Shown here in pieces: positions 32,340 through 45,155 of a stretch of DNA of 64,000 bases. Below the pieces are notes generated by a model. It saw only the letters and a program-made list of their open reading frames with translations, made no database searches and was not told where the DNA came from. Within the stretch, counting starts at the first letter, position 1. The number at the start of each line of letters is the position of its first letter. A program made the translations under genes and the position numbers. This stretch comes from Sulfolobales archaeon HS-7 (lineage in GTDB: Archaea; Thermoproteota; Thermoprotei_A; Sulfolobales; Sulfolobaceae): NCBI GenBank assembly GCA_019704295.1, contig AP024596.1:768001-832000 (forward strand), in the 5' to 3' direction.

Positions 32340-32636
32340 TTACTCTTCAGTTTCTTCGTCTCCTTCTAACTCGTCTCTGAGCAATTCAAGTCCTACCTCT
32401 CTGTAGTACTCTTCTCTCTCTTGTTCTAACTCATCTTTATTCTCCCTTGCATTCGTTTCACTTACTAATGAGGTCGTTAATATCTTATTTTTGCTTTTAT
32501 TTTCACTAATATTATAATCCCTCTTATCCTTATTTGATATTTGCATTTCATATTTACACTTTGTACATCGTAAGTACTCCTTATCCTCTTTTTTATACGG
32601 TACCATGAAGCCACCACATTTAGGACAGAATTTCAT
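32340..32636 (-). CDS. TFS/RpoM paralog: N-terminal Zn ribbon with acidic tail, no catalytic C-terminal ribbon
   Basis: [11 protein letters not shown]...LRCTKCKYE from ATG 32636; no QTRSADE motif. Confidence 0.75.
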   Translation of the reverse strand: MKFCPKCGGFMVPYKKEDKEYLRCTKCKYEMQISNKDKRDYNISENKSKNKILTTSLVSETNARENKDELEQEREEYYREVGLELLRDELEGDEETEE

Positions 32637-32741
32637 TCTCCCACTACTAAGCCTGATCTCTACTGTACTATAATATTTAAACATTTTTGCTAGTAAATTC
32701 TTACCTTACAATTTACCAGAAGCTTAGTTTTGGTACACTTA

Positions 32742-33410
32742 CAGTGACCTTTCATTAATTCTACTAAACATGAGATAATCTCGAAAATACGGGAAAATCT
32801 CGTTTGCAAGAGTTGAAATTAGTTAAATTTCCATTGAAGTAGAGAAAGGATTAATTTTTATCTTAGGAGAAGACGCGTAACCTAGTTTTTAGACGTATAG
32901 TAATACCTTACTTATTATCAAGTGGGTAGAAATGAGGGCGTTAAAGTTTGAGCAAGGGACTTCCCGATTCTAGTTATGAGGAAAACCAAAATTATTAAAG
33001 GATAAGTCCCTCGCTAATGAACCAGTGTCGGAAGCGGTTAAGAATATTTCATCTAATCTCTAGCACATTATGAGGAGAATCAAATCGCTTTTTTCGAAAA
33101 CAGGGGAAAGGACTACATATCCCTTATAAGACAAGGGTAAACTAATGCACTTCGTTTTTGTCTTTAACACTCGGGAAGATCCTTACGACTTAGCTCAGGT
33201 TTACAGGTTGAGGTATAGAGGAAGGTTTCAAGACGAGTAAAGTTAGGATAGAACTCATCAGGAGGTTGTGGAATAAACTCTACTTGATCTACGTGCTCCT
33301 CGACACTTCCGGGAATCCGTACCTCTCCCTCTCGCTTAACCTCAAGGCGCAGGAGAAAAGCCCACAGCTTTCAACGAATTCGTTAACTTCCTCTAGCGGT
33401 TTTTTGAGCA
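32742..33410 (+). mobile_element. Internally deleted copy of the ISH3/IS4-like element
   Basis: Left end, transposase start (MRKTK...NRGKDYISLIRQG) joined directly to C-terminal KLMHFVFVFNTREDPYDLAQVYRLR. Confidence 0.88.
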
Positions 33411-33449
33411 ACCCAGAATGGGTCAACGGCCCACATAGAATATTGATTT

Positions 33450-35342
<1,893 letters not shown>

Positions 35343-35431
35343 TTAATATCACCACTTAAAAAACCCTAGAAACAGGTATGTGATAGATTAATTTAATAGT
35401 TATAAATCTTTTTCTGATCTAGGAACTAACT

Positions 35432-36487
35432 GTGGATTCAGTTGAACATATTATAGGTTTGCCTATGCGAGTCTATATAGGTCATGGCATAGTCCGAAAC
35501 CTTGAAATTTATTTAGAACAGCTTAGAGCTACTAATTGTAATTTTCTCGTGATCACAGGACCCCATGTTAGGTCGATACTAGAAAGCGCTGTATCGGAAT
35601 TCTTCATGAAAAATACCGTTGATGTTATAACGGTTGAAAAGGCCGACCTAGACGAAGTAGAAAAAGTAGAAGAGATATTGAAACAAACCTCTTCTAAAGT
35701 TATCATAGGCGTTGGTGGAGGGAAAGTCATAGACGTGGCTAAATATACTGCGTATAGAGCTAACGTTGATTTCATAAGTGTACCTACTTCTCCTTCTCAC
35801 GATGGAATAACATCTCCCTTTGCCTCCATAAAGGGTCTAGGAAGGCCAATATCTGTTAAGGCTAAGGAGCCTCTTGCAATAATAGCGGATATAGAAGTTT
35901 TAGCTAAGGCACCTTCTAGGCTGATAAAGGCCGGCATTGGCGACACGATAGGAAAGATAATCTCTATAAGAGATTGGCAGCTGGCTCATAAGTTAAGAGG
36001 AGAATATTACGCTAGTTATACAGCATCGTTAGCACTACTATCTGCCAAGCATTCCCTTAGCGCAGCCAAACTATTAAATGTAAATAGAGTTGAGGCGGTA
36101 AGGATACTAATGGAAGCGTTAATAAGCAGCGGAGTGGCGATGGGTATGGCGGGTAGTAGCAGACCCGCTAGTGGTTCTGAACATCTGTTCGCTCATGCGG
36201 TTGAAGTATTAGAACCAGGTACTGCTCTTCATGGCGAACTTGTTGGTATAGGAACAATAATCATGTCGTACATACATAACCTAAATTGGAGGAAGATAAG
36301 GCGAACTCTGTCAGAAATTGATTTTCCAGTTACAGCTAAGCAGTTAGGGATAAAAGAAGAGTCGTTTATAAAGGCTTTAACAATAGCTCATACAATACGA
36401 CCAGAAAGATTTACCATTCTTGGTGACAAGGGAATTACTGAACATGCTGCTATTAATATATTAAAGTCCACTGGTATAATCCAATAA
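35432..36487 (+). CDS. egsA: sn-glycerol-1-phosphate dehydrogenase
   Basis: [39 protein letters not shown]. Confidence 0.96.
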   Translation: MDSVEHIIGLPMRVYIGHGIVRNLEIYLEQLRATNCNFLVITGPHVRSILESAVSEFFMKNTVDVITVEKADLDEVEKVEEILKQTSSKVIIGVGGGKVIDVAKYTAYRANVDFISVPTSPSHDGITSPFASIKGLGRPISVKAKEPLAIIADIEVLAKAPSRLIKAGIGDTIGKIISIRDWQLAHKLRGEYYASYTASLALLSAKHSLSAAKLLNVNRVEAVRILMEALISSGVAMGMAGSSRPASGSEHLFAHAVEVLEPGTALHGELVGIGTIIMSYIHNLNWRKIRRTLSEIDFPVTAKQLGIKEESFIKALTIAHTIRPERFTILGDKGITEHAAINILKSTGIIQ

Positions 36488-36489
36488 GT

Positions 36490-36662
36490 TATCCGTTAGG
36501 AGAACATAGCGATTCAGAGTTCTTTTACTAATATAATTAATGACTGATAAAAGAGTAAATTGCTAAGCTTAAATCCCCCATGCCGTCATTGCGGTGCTAT
36601 TGAATTAAATTTGTTACAATTCTGGAAATAAACCTTATTCGCAAAGGAAACGTAAATTTCCT
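36490..36662 (+). repeat. Family C MITE, decayed copy
   Basis: AGTAAATT.CTAA...TAAATCCC...TATTGAATTAAATTTGTTAC...ATTCGCAAAGGAAACGTAAAT aligns with 59595-59760. Confidence 0.7.
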
Positions 36663-36833
36663 ATTCACAATTATCTTAAGGTATATTTTATATATGTTTG
36701 AATTATCATTTCGATTATAAACACTATGATATAGAAATCATAATACTGAAAGTTAAGTTCAATAATCAGTATTGGTATCATGATAGAAAAAGTAAGAGAT
36801 AAATTTATTAAGCGATTATTTCTATATATTCAT

Positions 36834-37238
36834 ATGAGCCTTGAGAAAACTGAGTTAAGTGCAGAAAATAGAATCAGATTACCTTCAGGAAAAGATGCGG
36901 GATTAGCGGACGTACTTGCATTTTGCTACGGGTTATCTGAGACTGATGTCCAAGTTCTTATGGATCTAATGAAAGGTGATGCAAAAGGAACTGAAGAATT
37001 AGAAAGTGAGCTGAAATTAAGTAAGGCATCAATAAATAGAAGTTTAAATAAACTGTTAGAAATGGAGTTTGCAATGCGCATAAAAGAGTCTGGAAATAAG
37101 GCTGGAAGACCAAGGTATTTGTATAAAGCCAGAGATTATAAGGAGCTAAAAGAAAGGATAATGTCCGATATCGAAGGATGCGGTAACGCAATGGAAAAAC
37201 TAGTCGAAAAAAGTTTTTTGGATAAAGATTTATCTTGA
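36834..37238 (+). CDS. Lrs14/AbfR1-family winged-helix DNA-binding protein
   Basis: FCYGLSETDV, LSKASINRSLNKL, GRPRYLY; start taken at ATG 36834. Confidence 0.85.
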   Translation: MSLEKTELSAENRIRLPSGKDAGLADVLAFCYGLSETDVQVLMDLMKGDAKGTEELESELKLSKASINRSLNKLLEMEFAMRIKESGNKAGRPRYLYKARDYKELKERIMSDIEGCGNAMEKLVEKSFLDKDLS

Positions 37239-37644
37239 CGTAAGTTAAGGAGAAGATCCGTAAGGATAGATGGCGCCTTTATTCAAATACGAGTTTGCTG
37301 AGTGAGATGTTATTATATTCGATCAAGAGGTAACCTTTATTGAGATACCTGAGCCGGGATTGATATGGCATGTCTGAACTTCAAATTAATGGTAATGCAT
37401 GAGATTTCATGAACGCGGAGTTGAATGCTAAATGGTACCCTTAGCGTCGGTAGATCTCTTTGGATAATGTGGAGATGCCGTAAAACTTCTCCGTAAGATA
37501 TGTAGCCCATATTGTGTAGATATTGCCGATAGTTAATTTTTAATAATTTATTAAATAAGAGCTTATAATACTTATTGCGTAATGTATAGGGTACTCATAA
37601 CATGAAGTTAAAAACGATAACTTAAAGTATAGTGTTGACCTATT

Positions 37645-38271
37645 ATGTCAATCCAAGCCCAACTCAAGAAATATGAGTTACCCCCTTTACCGTATAAGAC
37701 AACGGATCTAGAACCATATATAAAAGGAGAAATTGTAGACGTTCATTACAACGGTCATCATAAAGGTTACGTAAATGCTAGTAATACCTACGTGGAGCGA
37801 TTAGAGAAGGTGATCAAGGGCGAAGTTACGAGTTATGACATTCAAGGATTAATGAGGATGCTTGTTTTTAATATAAATGGACATAAACTTCATTCTCTTT
37901 ATTGGAACAATATGGCACCGCAAGGCAAGGGAGGGGGAAAGCCGGGAGGAAAGTTAGCCGATCTAATCGAAAAACAGTATGGCAATTTTGATAACTTTAA
38001 GAAAATATTTACAGAAACGGCAAACTCACTACCAGGGACAGGATGGACAGTGTTATATTATGATTATGAAAACGGAAATCTTCAGCTAATGACTTTCGAA
38101 AATCACTTCCAAAACCATATCGCTGAACTTCCCATTGTTCTTATATTAGATGAATTCGAACATGCTTATTATTTACAATACAAGAATAAGAGGGCAGACT
38201 ACGTAGGCGCTTGGTGGAATGTAGTTAACTGGGACGATGCAGAAAAGAAGCTGCAAAAATTCGTTAAATAG
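37645..38271 (+). CDS. sod: Fe superoxide dismutase
   Basis: [33 protein letters not shown]. Confidence 0.97.
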   Translation: MSIQAQLKKYELPPLPYKTTDLEPYIKGEIVDVHYNGHHKGYVNASNTYVERLEKVIKGEVTSYDIQGLMRMLVFNINGHKLHSLYWNNMAPQGKGGGKPGGKLADLIEKQYGNFDNFKKIFTETANSLPGTGWTVLYYDYENGNLQLMTFENHFQNHIAELPIVLILDEFEHAYYLQYKNKRADYVGAWWNVVNWDDAEKKLQKFVK

Positions 38272-38319
38272 TCTTCTAAAATCAACTGAATTTTTTATTA
38301 TAGCATACATATATGATGC

Positions 38320-39393
38320 ATGGTCTATGCAGTAGTAGTTGCTGGAGGCTATGCGACTAGGCTTAGACCTCTAAGTCTAACTCTCCCAAAGGCTCTTTTT
38401 CCTATACTAGGTAAACCAATAATAGACTATACAATAGATGGACTTTTACAAATTAGCCCTAGTAGAATTCTGATTGCAGCAAGAGTTATGGCGGATAGAT
38501 TAATCAACTACTATAAGGGGACCGGCATTACATTTGAAGTTGAAAAAGAACCATTGGGAGATGGAGGATCATTAGGAGTTATAGTAAGGAAGTTTAATAT
38601 TAATGAGCCTGTAGTTGTAGTTTATGGAGATATATATTCGGAGATGGATTATAGCGAGCTATTGAAATTTCATGAAAAACATAACTGTGAATGCACACTT
38701 GTAAGCACTCGGGTTAAAGATCCCAGAAGATATGGGGTAATCATCAAAAAAGATAATTATGTTGAGAATATTATAGAAAAACCTTCGGAGAATATTTCAG
38801 ATTTAATAAATGCTGGTATCTACGTTTTCCGCCCTAAAGTATTAGCTAATATAAGCGGAAAGGTATCAATAGCAAGGGATATTTTACCATCATTATTGAG
38901 GAACGGATGTATAGCCGCTTACGAGTATAAAGGAATTTGGGCTGATATCGGAGTCCCTAAAGCTTACATGAAACTAAATGCAGACTTACTAATTACCAAA
39001 TATCCTAGGGGTTATATAAGTAACTCTGCAAAAATTAGTGAAAAAACTACACTCTATCCCCCATATTTTATAGATAACAATACAAATATTCGGGAAGATT
39101 CCGTTATAGAACCTTTAACGGTAATAGGAAAAGATAACGAAATAGGAAAAATGGTTTTCCTGTCAGAATCAGTACTTATGGACCGTATAAACGTAGGCGA
39201 CTCCACTTTTATAAAAAGCTCCATTATAGGGAATAATACTAAAATAGGGAAATGGGTCCATATTCGGGAAGATTCCATCTTAGGAGAAGAAGTAATAATA
39301 AATGATACCGTACTCTTAAACCAAAATACAATAGTTTTGCCCAATAAGGAGATAAGTTCATCAATTTACGAAAGGGGAAGGATAATCTTATGA
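38320..39393 (+). CDS. NDP-sugar pyrophosphorylase with left-handed beta-helix domain
   Basis: AGGYATRLRPLS, PKAL, EKP, WADIG. Confidence 0.92.
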   Translation: MVYAVVVAGGYATRLRPLSLTLPKALFPILGKPIIDYTIDGLLQISPSRILIAARVMADRLINYYKGTGITFEVEKEPLGDGGSLGVIVRKFNINEPVVVVYGDIYSEMDYSELLKFHEKHNCECTLVSTRVKDPRRYGVIIKKDNYVENIIEKPSENISDLINAGIYVFRPKVLANISGKVSIARDILPSLLRNGCIAAYEYKGIWADIGVPKAYMKLNADLLITKYPRGYISNSAKISEKTTLYPPYFIDNNTNIREDSVIEPLTVIGKDNEIGKMVFLSESVLMDRINVGDSTFIKSSIIGNNTKIGKWVHIREDSILGEEVIINDTVLLNQNTIVLPNKEISSSIYERGRIIL

Positions 39394-40085
39394 TCCTAGA
39401 TGAGATCATAGATGAATTATCCTTCTTTATTAAGAGAAATAAGATATTAAATTGTTGTATAAGTCCTTTTTATACTGCTGTTACTACTGAGGCTGGCGTA
39501 GGTATTGCTCACACTATAATTTCAGGAGAAAATAAGTTATCTGGAAAAATAGTAGGTCTTCAGTTAGACGAGTTAGTAAAAAATAGAGACATGACATACA
39601 ATTCAATAATAGTGGCTGCTCTAAACGCGATTACGATAAGCAAGGATTGGGAAGAAGGGGACATTTCGGATAAACTACAAGGAGGTAAGCTATGTATATT
39701 CGGATATAATCCAAGGCGTACTTATCCACAATTTAAAAAGATTGTGGTTTACGATTTTGCCTTAACTAGTAGTAAAGAAGATAGCGAGATAATTTTAAAC
39801 CCTTTTTCGAGTTTCAGAGAGGAAGAATGTGATTCCGCGATAATATACGGTTCTACGTTAGTTAATAATACTATTGACGATATAATCAATCATTTAGAGG
39901 CCGAGAATGTAGTCTTATCTGGAGTGTCAGTGATCGATTCACCACATACTTTAAAAAAATACCATTTTACACATATAGTTAAACCCTTTTTCATGGATAA
40001 TTTATTAGCGTTTAGAACAGTTTGTGAGGGGGGTAGTAATACAAATTTAAAGCCTTTAGTGATCTATAAGACTAAAAAAATTTAA
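39390..40085 (+). CDS. DUF364-like Rossmann-fold protein
   Basis: GVGIAHT, VAALNA, IIYGSTLVNNTID. Confidence 0.7.
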   Translation: MILDEIIDELSFFIKRNKILNCCISPFYTAVTTEAGVGIAHTIISGENKLSGKIVGLQLDELVKNRDMTYNSIIVAALNAITISKDWEEGDISDKLQGGKLCIFGYNPRRTYPQFKKIVVYDFALTSSKEDSEIILNPFSSFREEECDSAIIYGSTLVNNTIDDIINHLEAENVVLSGVSVIDSPHTLKKYHFTHIVKPFFMDNLLAFRTVCEGGSNTNLKPLVIYKTKKI

Positions 40086-41250
40086 TTTCAAACATAGTTG
40101 ACTCCTTACATTCTCCTTGATATAGATATGCATTACATTCGATCCCAGGCACGTATTGGATCCTTATATCTTCAAGATCGTCCCTTTTTCCATTAGTTTT
40201 TATTCCCTCATAGATTTTAATATAGGCAATACTATTTCTAGCCATAACGGATGTTGAAGAAGTTAAAGAAAAGGATGAGTTAATTGCCTTACTAGCTAAA
40301 TTTGAATACCTTTCATCCCCGGTTATTAGAAAAAGTCTACTATACGCGATAGCTAGCTCGGAATTAGCAAACGGATCGATGTAAGGAACTCTCGTTAGTT
40401 TATCAAAACCTGGGCAATCCAAATATCCTTTCTCCGTAGAGAGGGTATTCTCTACGAAATCAAGCACCTTTTTAGTAATACTAAGATATTTTTCTTCTCC
40501 TGTAACAGAAAACATTGATATCAACGCGTCAGCCGTAAGAGCCTGATCAATGAGATATCCGCTATACTGTTCGCGTATTGAACGTTTTACGCTGCCGTTT
40601 GTTTCTATCCTTTTAATCAGGAGATCTGATAACAACTCGGAAAATTTTACGTATAATGCTATTTCGTCAGAGTAGTTGTTATCTGTTACAGGCTGAAGTT
40701 CATTAACTTCCTGTTTACCTAATACAATATTTGAGAAAATATCTATACCATTAAATTTGTTGATCCAGTTTCCTGGGTTATATTTATGATATAACTTAAG
40801 TAGTGAGCTCATTCTAAAATCGACATTTCTCATTCCCAAAATTTCATTTATAGTTTGAATTACGTCTACGTCAGAAAATGTAAGTAACTCGTCAGGACTA
40901 ACAGAGGGGATTTTTATGGGCTCTATAATTTCTTTTTTATCATAAATATCTCTTAAAATATCAGATATTTCCTTCACATTACTTCCCTCAATAATTGCTA
41001 TAATGTCACCCTCCTGCGATAGCACGGTTAAAGTCGGTATAACGCCTCTCGTTAGTCTAATGAAATGGCCTAAATGAGTTCTACTATTTAGTGTGATGAA
41101 TATGTATTTCTTAGTAATATCCAACGATCTTATATATTTCTCAATATGTTCACATTCCACACATCCATTATCAGAAAAAAGAACTATTATGTTTTTTCCA
41201 TAAAACTCTGCATCCTTAAGTGTATCATCTATTAAAACCATTTTACTCAC
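40072..41250 (-). CDS. Thioredoxin-like CxxC plus alpha/alpha-toroid protein (YyaL/DUF255-like)
   Basis: CVECEH, IPTLTVLS, YLIDQA, TGEEKYL, TGDERY. Confidence 0.7.
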   Translation of the reverse strand: MSKMVLIDDTLKDAEFYGKNIIVLFSDNGCVECEHIEKYIRSLDITKKYIFITLNSRTHLGHFIRLTRGVIPTLTVLSQEGDIIAIIEGSNVKEISDILRDIYDKKEIIEPIKIPSVSPDELLTFSDVDVIQTINEILGMRNVDFRMSSLLKLYHKYNPGNWINKFNGIDIFSNIVLGKQEVNELQPVTDNNYSDEIALYVKFSELLSDLLIKRIETNGSVKRSIREQYSGYLIDQALTADALISMFSVTGEEKYLSITKKVLDFVENTLSTEKGYLDCPGFDKLTRVPYIDPFANSELAIAYSRLFLITGDERYSNLASKAINSSFSLTSSTSVMARNSIAYIKIYEGIKTNGKRDDLEDIRIQYVPGIECNAYLYQGECKESTMFEIKFF

Positions 41251-41344
41251 GTTATGTAGTTCATTGAATTTAATAAGTTACGTAATCTCAAGTCACATTG
41301 TTTTAAAGAGACGTTATTTCGGATATTATGAATGCTCTTAAGGT

Positions 41345-41418
41345 AGCCGCCGGTGGGGTTTGAACCCACGACCACCGGCTTACGAGGCCGGCGCTCTACC
41401 GAGCTGAGCTACGGCGGC
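41345..41418 (-). tRNA. tRNA-Thr(CGT)
   Basis: GCCGCCGTAGCTCAG...CCGGC-CT-CGT-AA-GCCGG...GGTTCAAACCC. Confidence 0.96.
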
Positions 41419-41421
41419 ACA

Positions 41422-41506
41422 TGCGGGGGATGGGACTTGAACCCACGCAGGTCTACACCATCGGGTCCTGAGCCCGACCCCTTTGACCAAGCTCGGGCAC
41501 CCCCGC
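41422..41506 (-). tRNA. tRNA-Leu(CAG)
   Basis: GCGGGGGTGCCCGAG...TCGGG-CT-CAG-GA-CCCGA, long variable arm. Confidence 0.96.
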
Positions 41507-41819
41507 TCACTATTCAATATAAAATAAAAATATTTATCATTAACTTAGTTAGTGTTATCAGGGACAATTCAGGCCTCCTTTCTTGATTACAATAATTCTC
41601 TTTAATAATATAATCTTTAACTTAATTATAACTGTTAATCCGTGCTATCAGAGGGTCGTTCACTCATCAATTGCTAATTCTTTATCAGAAAGTGATTTAA
41701 GGTCTTCAATCGCAAAAACTCTCTAATAACTTTTAACGCTGGTAACGTAAAACTCATCAAAGTGTTGTAAAAGTTGAAATAATATAAAAACCACCAATGA
41801 GAAGGATATTATTATAACT

Positions 41820-42356
41820 TCATTTACGTTCTAATGGTTTATCAGTGCCAGCTATTTCCTTTAATCTAATATCGCCACCAATAAGTTTTACATATTTGAC
41901 TACAAACTCTGGAACAGCTTCTATCCAAGACGGATCAGAGATAATTATTTGCTTTCGAATTAAAGTGGAATTATATTTTTCTCTATTATATAGGGGTGGT
42001 TCAAGTACGTCAAAGTCAGCTTCTCTAAATAGCCTATTGACTAAAGGATTTCTAGCAATAACAGCATTAAATTTTGGTACGTACATCTTTACATGATAAA
42101 CCCATACACCATTCATTAAAATATCTGGGATCGGTATTAGTATTACCCTATCAGCGGGAATCTTTTGTTCTCTTAATGTACCGTTAATCATTTCTATTCT
42201 TTCTCCGGCTGTGAACGGATTACTAAGAGTGTGACTCTCTTGAGCACTACCAATTAGAACTATTAGCTCATCAACTCGTTCAAGTCCCCACTTTATTACG
42301 TTCATATGCCCTAAATGAAATGGCTGAAATCTTCCTGGGTATATTCCTCTATACAT
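41820..42356 (-). CDS. nadM: Nicotinamide-nucleotide adenylyltransferase
   Basis: [24 protein letters not shown]. Confidence 0.95.
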   Translation of the reverse strand: MYRGIYPGRFQPFHLGHMNVIKWGLERVDELIVLIGSAQESHTLSNPFTAGERIEMINGTLREQKIPADRVILIPIPDILMNGVWVYHVKMYVPKFNAVIARNPLVNRLFREADFDVLEPPLYNREKYNSTLIRKQIIISDPSWIEAVPEFVVKYVKLIGGDIRLKEIAGTDKPLERK

Positions 42357-43105
42357 ATTTCGTCACCCTCTTTTACGTTTAAAACATTAGCCGCACTATC
42401 TTCTCTTAATCCAATCTCTAAAAAACCGTAACCGTTTTCATATACTAATAATTCTCCCCTTCCAGCATATCCAAAGGACTTAACTTGTTTTACCTTTACC
42501 TCGTTATCTTTTATTAGAACTCTACTAATGTGATTTACAACTGAAAAAGGAATATTTGTAGCAACGTTTCCAAAATGATCTATAAACACAACTCTACCTA
42601 AATGTTTATTTTTCTCTTTACTGTATTGGAACGGAATCTTTTCTATCTTAGTAAGTTTTTCACCAAATATTTCCATCGACAAACCTAGACTAAGAAAAGC
42701 AGAGGCTACAGCGAATATATCCCTACCATGAAAAGTATTTGATATAGAATGAGACAAATACAAGTTACTATTAGTGAAATTTCTTATTTCTACTATCTTA
42801 TCATGATTAGCTGCCCAGCTTAAGACGCCGTTATCCGGACCAACAAAGTAATAGTTTTTAGTTTTGACTATTATAGCCTTTCGGGAAGTACCAACACCAG
42901 GGTCTACTACTACAGTAAATATAGTCTTTCTCGGAAAATATTTGAAACTAGTATATAACTGGTAGGCTGCAGCTATTACATTAAAATTTTTTGATTGAGG
43001 AGTTATAAACTCTACATTAGCGTAAGGATTTAGTTTCTTTATTGTTGCTACTACAACTCCGTTATAGTTATCGGTTACTCCAAAATCAGTGAGAACTGCT
43101 ATCAT
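42311..43105 (-). CDS. SAM hydroxide adenosyltransferase (DUF62)
   Basis: [32 protein letters not shown]. Confidence 0.93.
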   Translation of the reverse strand: MIAVLTDFGVTDNYNGVVVATIKKLNPYANVEFITPQSKNFNVIAAAYQLYTSFKYFPRKTIFTVVVDPGVGTSRKAIIVKTKNYYFVGPDNGVLSWAANHDKIVEIRNFTNSNLYLSHSISNTFHGRDIFAVASAFLSLGLSMEIFGEKLTKIEKIPFQYSKEKNKHLGRVVFIDHFGNVATNIPFSVVNHISRVLIKDNEVKVKQVKSFGYAGRGELLVYENGYGFLEIGLREDSAANVLNVKEGDEICIEEYTQEDFSHFI

Positions 43106-43631
43106 TTTCTAACACCATCTCTAGATACGATCTGTATTCTATCACCCCATTAATATTTAAAGCATATAACATCTCTTTGGCTAATTCCAGTAACTCTTTA
43201 TCATTATTTGAAGGACTTTCGAATTCAATGAAATGCCCTAAATTATCCACTTCGTCAAGAGAGATTATAACATCTTTGTACGCAAAATTTTTTCTATATT
43301 TCTTGACTACCGCTTTTATATAATAACCTAATTTTCCTAATATCTCTATCATCTTTTCGCTTGAATCAATTCTTACGGTTATTTCTTCCCTAATCTTAGG
43401 TTCCCTCGACACCTTAGGTCCCTTATAAGTTAATTCAATTTTCTCATTAGTTTTTCTTACTCTGAGGGCATCATCTAGGCGTCTAAAGTCGTGAAAATCG
43501 GAATTGAAATAGTAATCGATCTGGATTTCATCATTCAAGTATTCTGCAATCTCCTTGAGGCGCTCTCCTAAAGACTCTAAACTCTGTGGGCTATATATTC
43601 TATATTTAACCTCCCTTTCGATATAGTTCAT
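43086..43631 (-). CDS. cyaB: CYTH-domain class IV adenylate cyclase-like protein
   Basis: EREVK, ALRVR, LTYKGPK, REE, LGHFIEFE; start taken at ATG 43631. Confidence 0.88.
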   Translation of the reverse strand: MNYIEREVKYRIYSPQSLESLGERLKEIAEYLNDEIQIDYYFNSDFHDFRRLDDALRVRKTNEKIELTYKGPKVSREPKIREEITVRIDSSEKMIEILGKLGYYIKAVVKKYRKNFAYKDVIISLDEVDNLGHFIEFESPSNNDKELLELAKEMLYALNINGVIEYRSYLEMVLENDSSSH

Positions 43632-43637
43632 TGATAT

Positions 43638-44645
43638 ATGAAACGTTATCAAGATATAAAAGACCTAATTGGAGTGCTTAGATCCTCAGAGTTATCAAAA
43701 CAGCTAGCTATAAAGTTCGATTTTAGAGATTATATGATCGAAAGATATCTGAGGATGTTTGGAAAGGATGAGACACTAGAGTTCTTAAATAGCTGTAGTA
43801 TTCCTCTTAGTAAAAGCATTCGATGTAACGATTTGAAAGTGGAATGCGGGAGGTTAGTGGAAGCAATGAGAAAAAAGGGATTTGTTTTAACTAAAGTTAA
43901 ATGGATTCCACATGGATATATTATTGAGAAGAAGCCTGCACGTCCATCTCTTGGAGCTACAATTGAGTATCTCATGGGTTACTACTACATTCAGGGACTT
44001 GCTTCAATGATTCCTGCATATCTTTTAGAACCTGCCGAGACGGATTTCATTTTAGATATGGCGGCGGCCCCTGGAGGAAAAACTACTCAAATAGGTCAAC
44101 TTATGAAAAATAGGGGTAATATTCTGGCTATAGAGAAGTCAAAGAGCAGGGCTAGAGCTCTTAGAGAAAATCTTAGAAGAATGGGGATTGAAAACGTCGT
44201 GGTATTAAGAAGTGATGTTGAAGTTGTAACAAAATTAGGTATACAGTTTAGTAAAATACTTCTCGACGCACCCTGTACTGCTGAGGGCTTAATACCTATT
44301 AAACCCGAAAGACGTAAAAGTCGTTCGTTTGACGATATACTATATTTAAATAAAGTACAAACTAGATTAATAGATATTGCATCTTCTGTCCTTAAGGAAG
44401 GTGGAAGATTAGTCTATTCAACTTGTTCTATAGGAGTAGAGGAAAATGAAGCGGTAATAGAATACGCAATATCAAAATACAATTATAAGATTCTGAATTT
44501 TACTACATTTCCGTCGTCAAAAGGTATAGTAGAATATGGCGATGTAAAATTTTCTGATGAAATAGAGAAGTGTATGAGGTTTTATCCTCATAAACAAGGT
44601 ACTGAGGGTTTTTTTATATGTGTACTTGAGAAGGAGGAAAAATGA
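43638..44645 (+). CDS. RsmB/NOP2-family RNA m5C methyltransferase
   Basis: DMAAAPGGKT, LLDAPC, VYSTCS, EENE. Confidence 0.95.
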   Translation: MKRYQDIKDLIGVLRSSELSKQLAIKFDFRDYMIERYLRMFGKDETLEFLNSCSIPLSKSIRCNDLKVECGRLVEAMRKKGFVLTKVKWIPHGYIIEKKPARPSLGATIEYLMGYYYIQGLASMIPAYLLEPAETDFILDMAAAPGGKTTQIGQLMKNRGNILAIEKSKSRARALRENLRRMGIENVVVLRSDVEVVTKLGIQFSKILLDAPCTAEGLIPIKPERRKSRSFDDILYLNKVQTRLIDIASSVLKEGGRLVYSTCSIGVEENEAVIEYAISKYNYKILNFTTFPSSKGIVEYGDVKFSDEIEKCMRFYPHKQGTEGFFICVLEKEEK

Positions 44646-44648
44646 GAA

Positions 44649-45155
44649 ATGATATTTAGGAAAATGACCACTGCAGAGGTTAGGGATATTATAAAACAAA
44701 TCGAGAAGAGCTATTTATGTAATTTAGGGGATATGGTAGATAACAATGATTTCTACCTAAGTGATATGAAAACCGCCGTGATATATTTCTATAGTAAAAA
44801 ATTCTCAGAGAACGTTGATTTAATAATTGAAAAAAGTAGATCGATTAATTTACATCCTCTGTTCATTGGGGGGATTTTTGCATATAAGAGGGGACGTATA
44901 TGGGAGCCAGATCTAGATGTAGGGCAACTTTTAGTCAATAAGTGTGGTAACGTAATAAGGCTAAATGAACAACTAATATATAAGTTTCTATATGGAAAAG
45001 AATTACTTATCAAAGAAACTTTTAATTTTGCAAAGGGAATAGTAGTTGACTATAACATGAAGTTTATGGGATACGCATCACTTAGGAAAGTTAAGAATAT
45101 GACTAAACTTATTCCTGAGAATGATCTAGGCTATTATCTGCGTAGTGGACATTGA
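44649..45155 (+). CDS. Nip7-like PUA-domain protein
   Basis: KFLYGKEL, terminal DLGYYLRSG; directly follows the NOP2-like gene. Confidence 0.7.
   Translation: MIFRKMTTAEVRDIIKQIEKSYLCNLGDMVDNNDFYLSDMKTAVIYFYSKKFSENVDLIIEKSRSINLHPLFIGGIFAYKRGRIWEPDLDVGQLLVNKCGNVIRLNEQLIYKFLYGKELLIKETFNFAKGIVVDYNMKFMGYASLRKVKNMTKLIPENDLGYYLRSGH

Noticed and set aside
37240-37520. Possible acyl-CoA dehydrogenase relic or sRNA (ISLDNVEMP*)
   Set aside because: Too short and degenerate to support by eye
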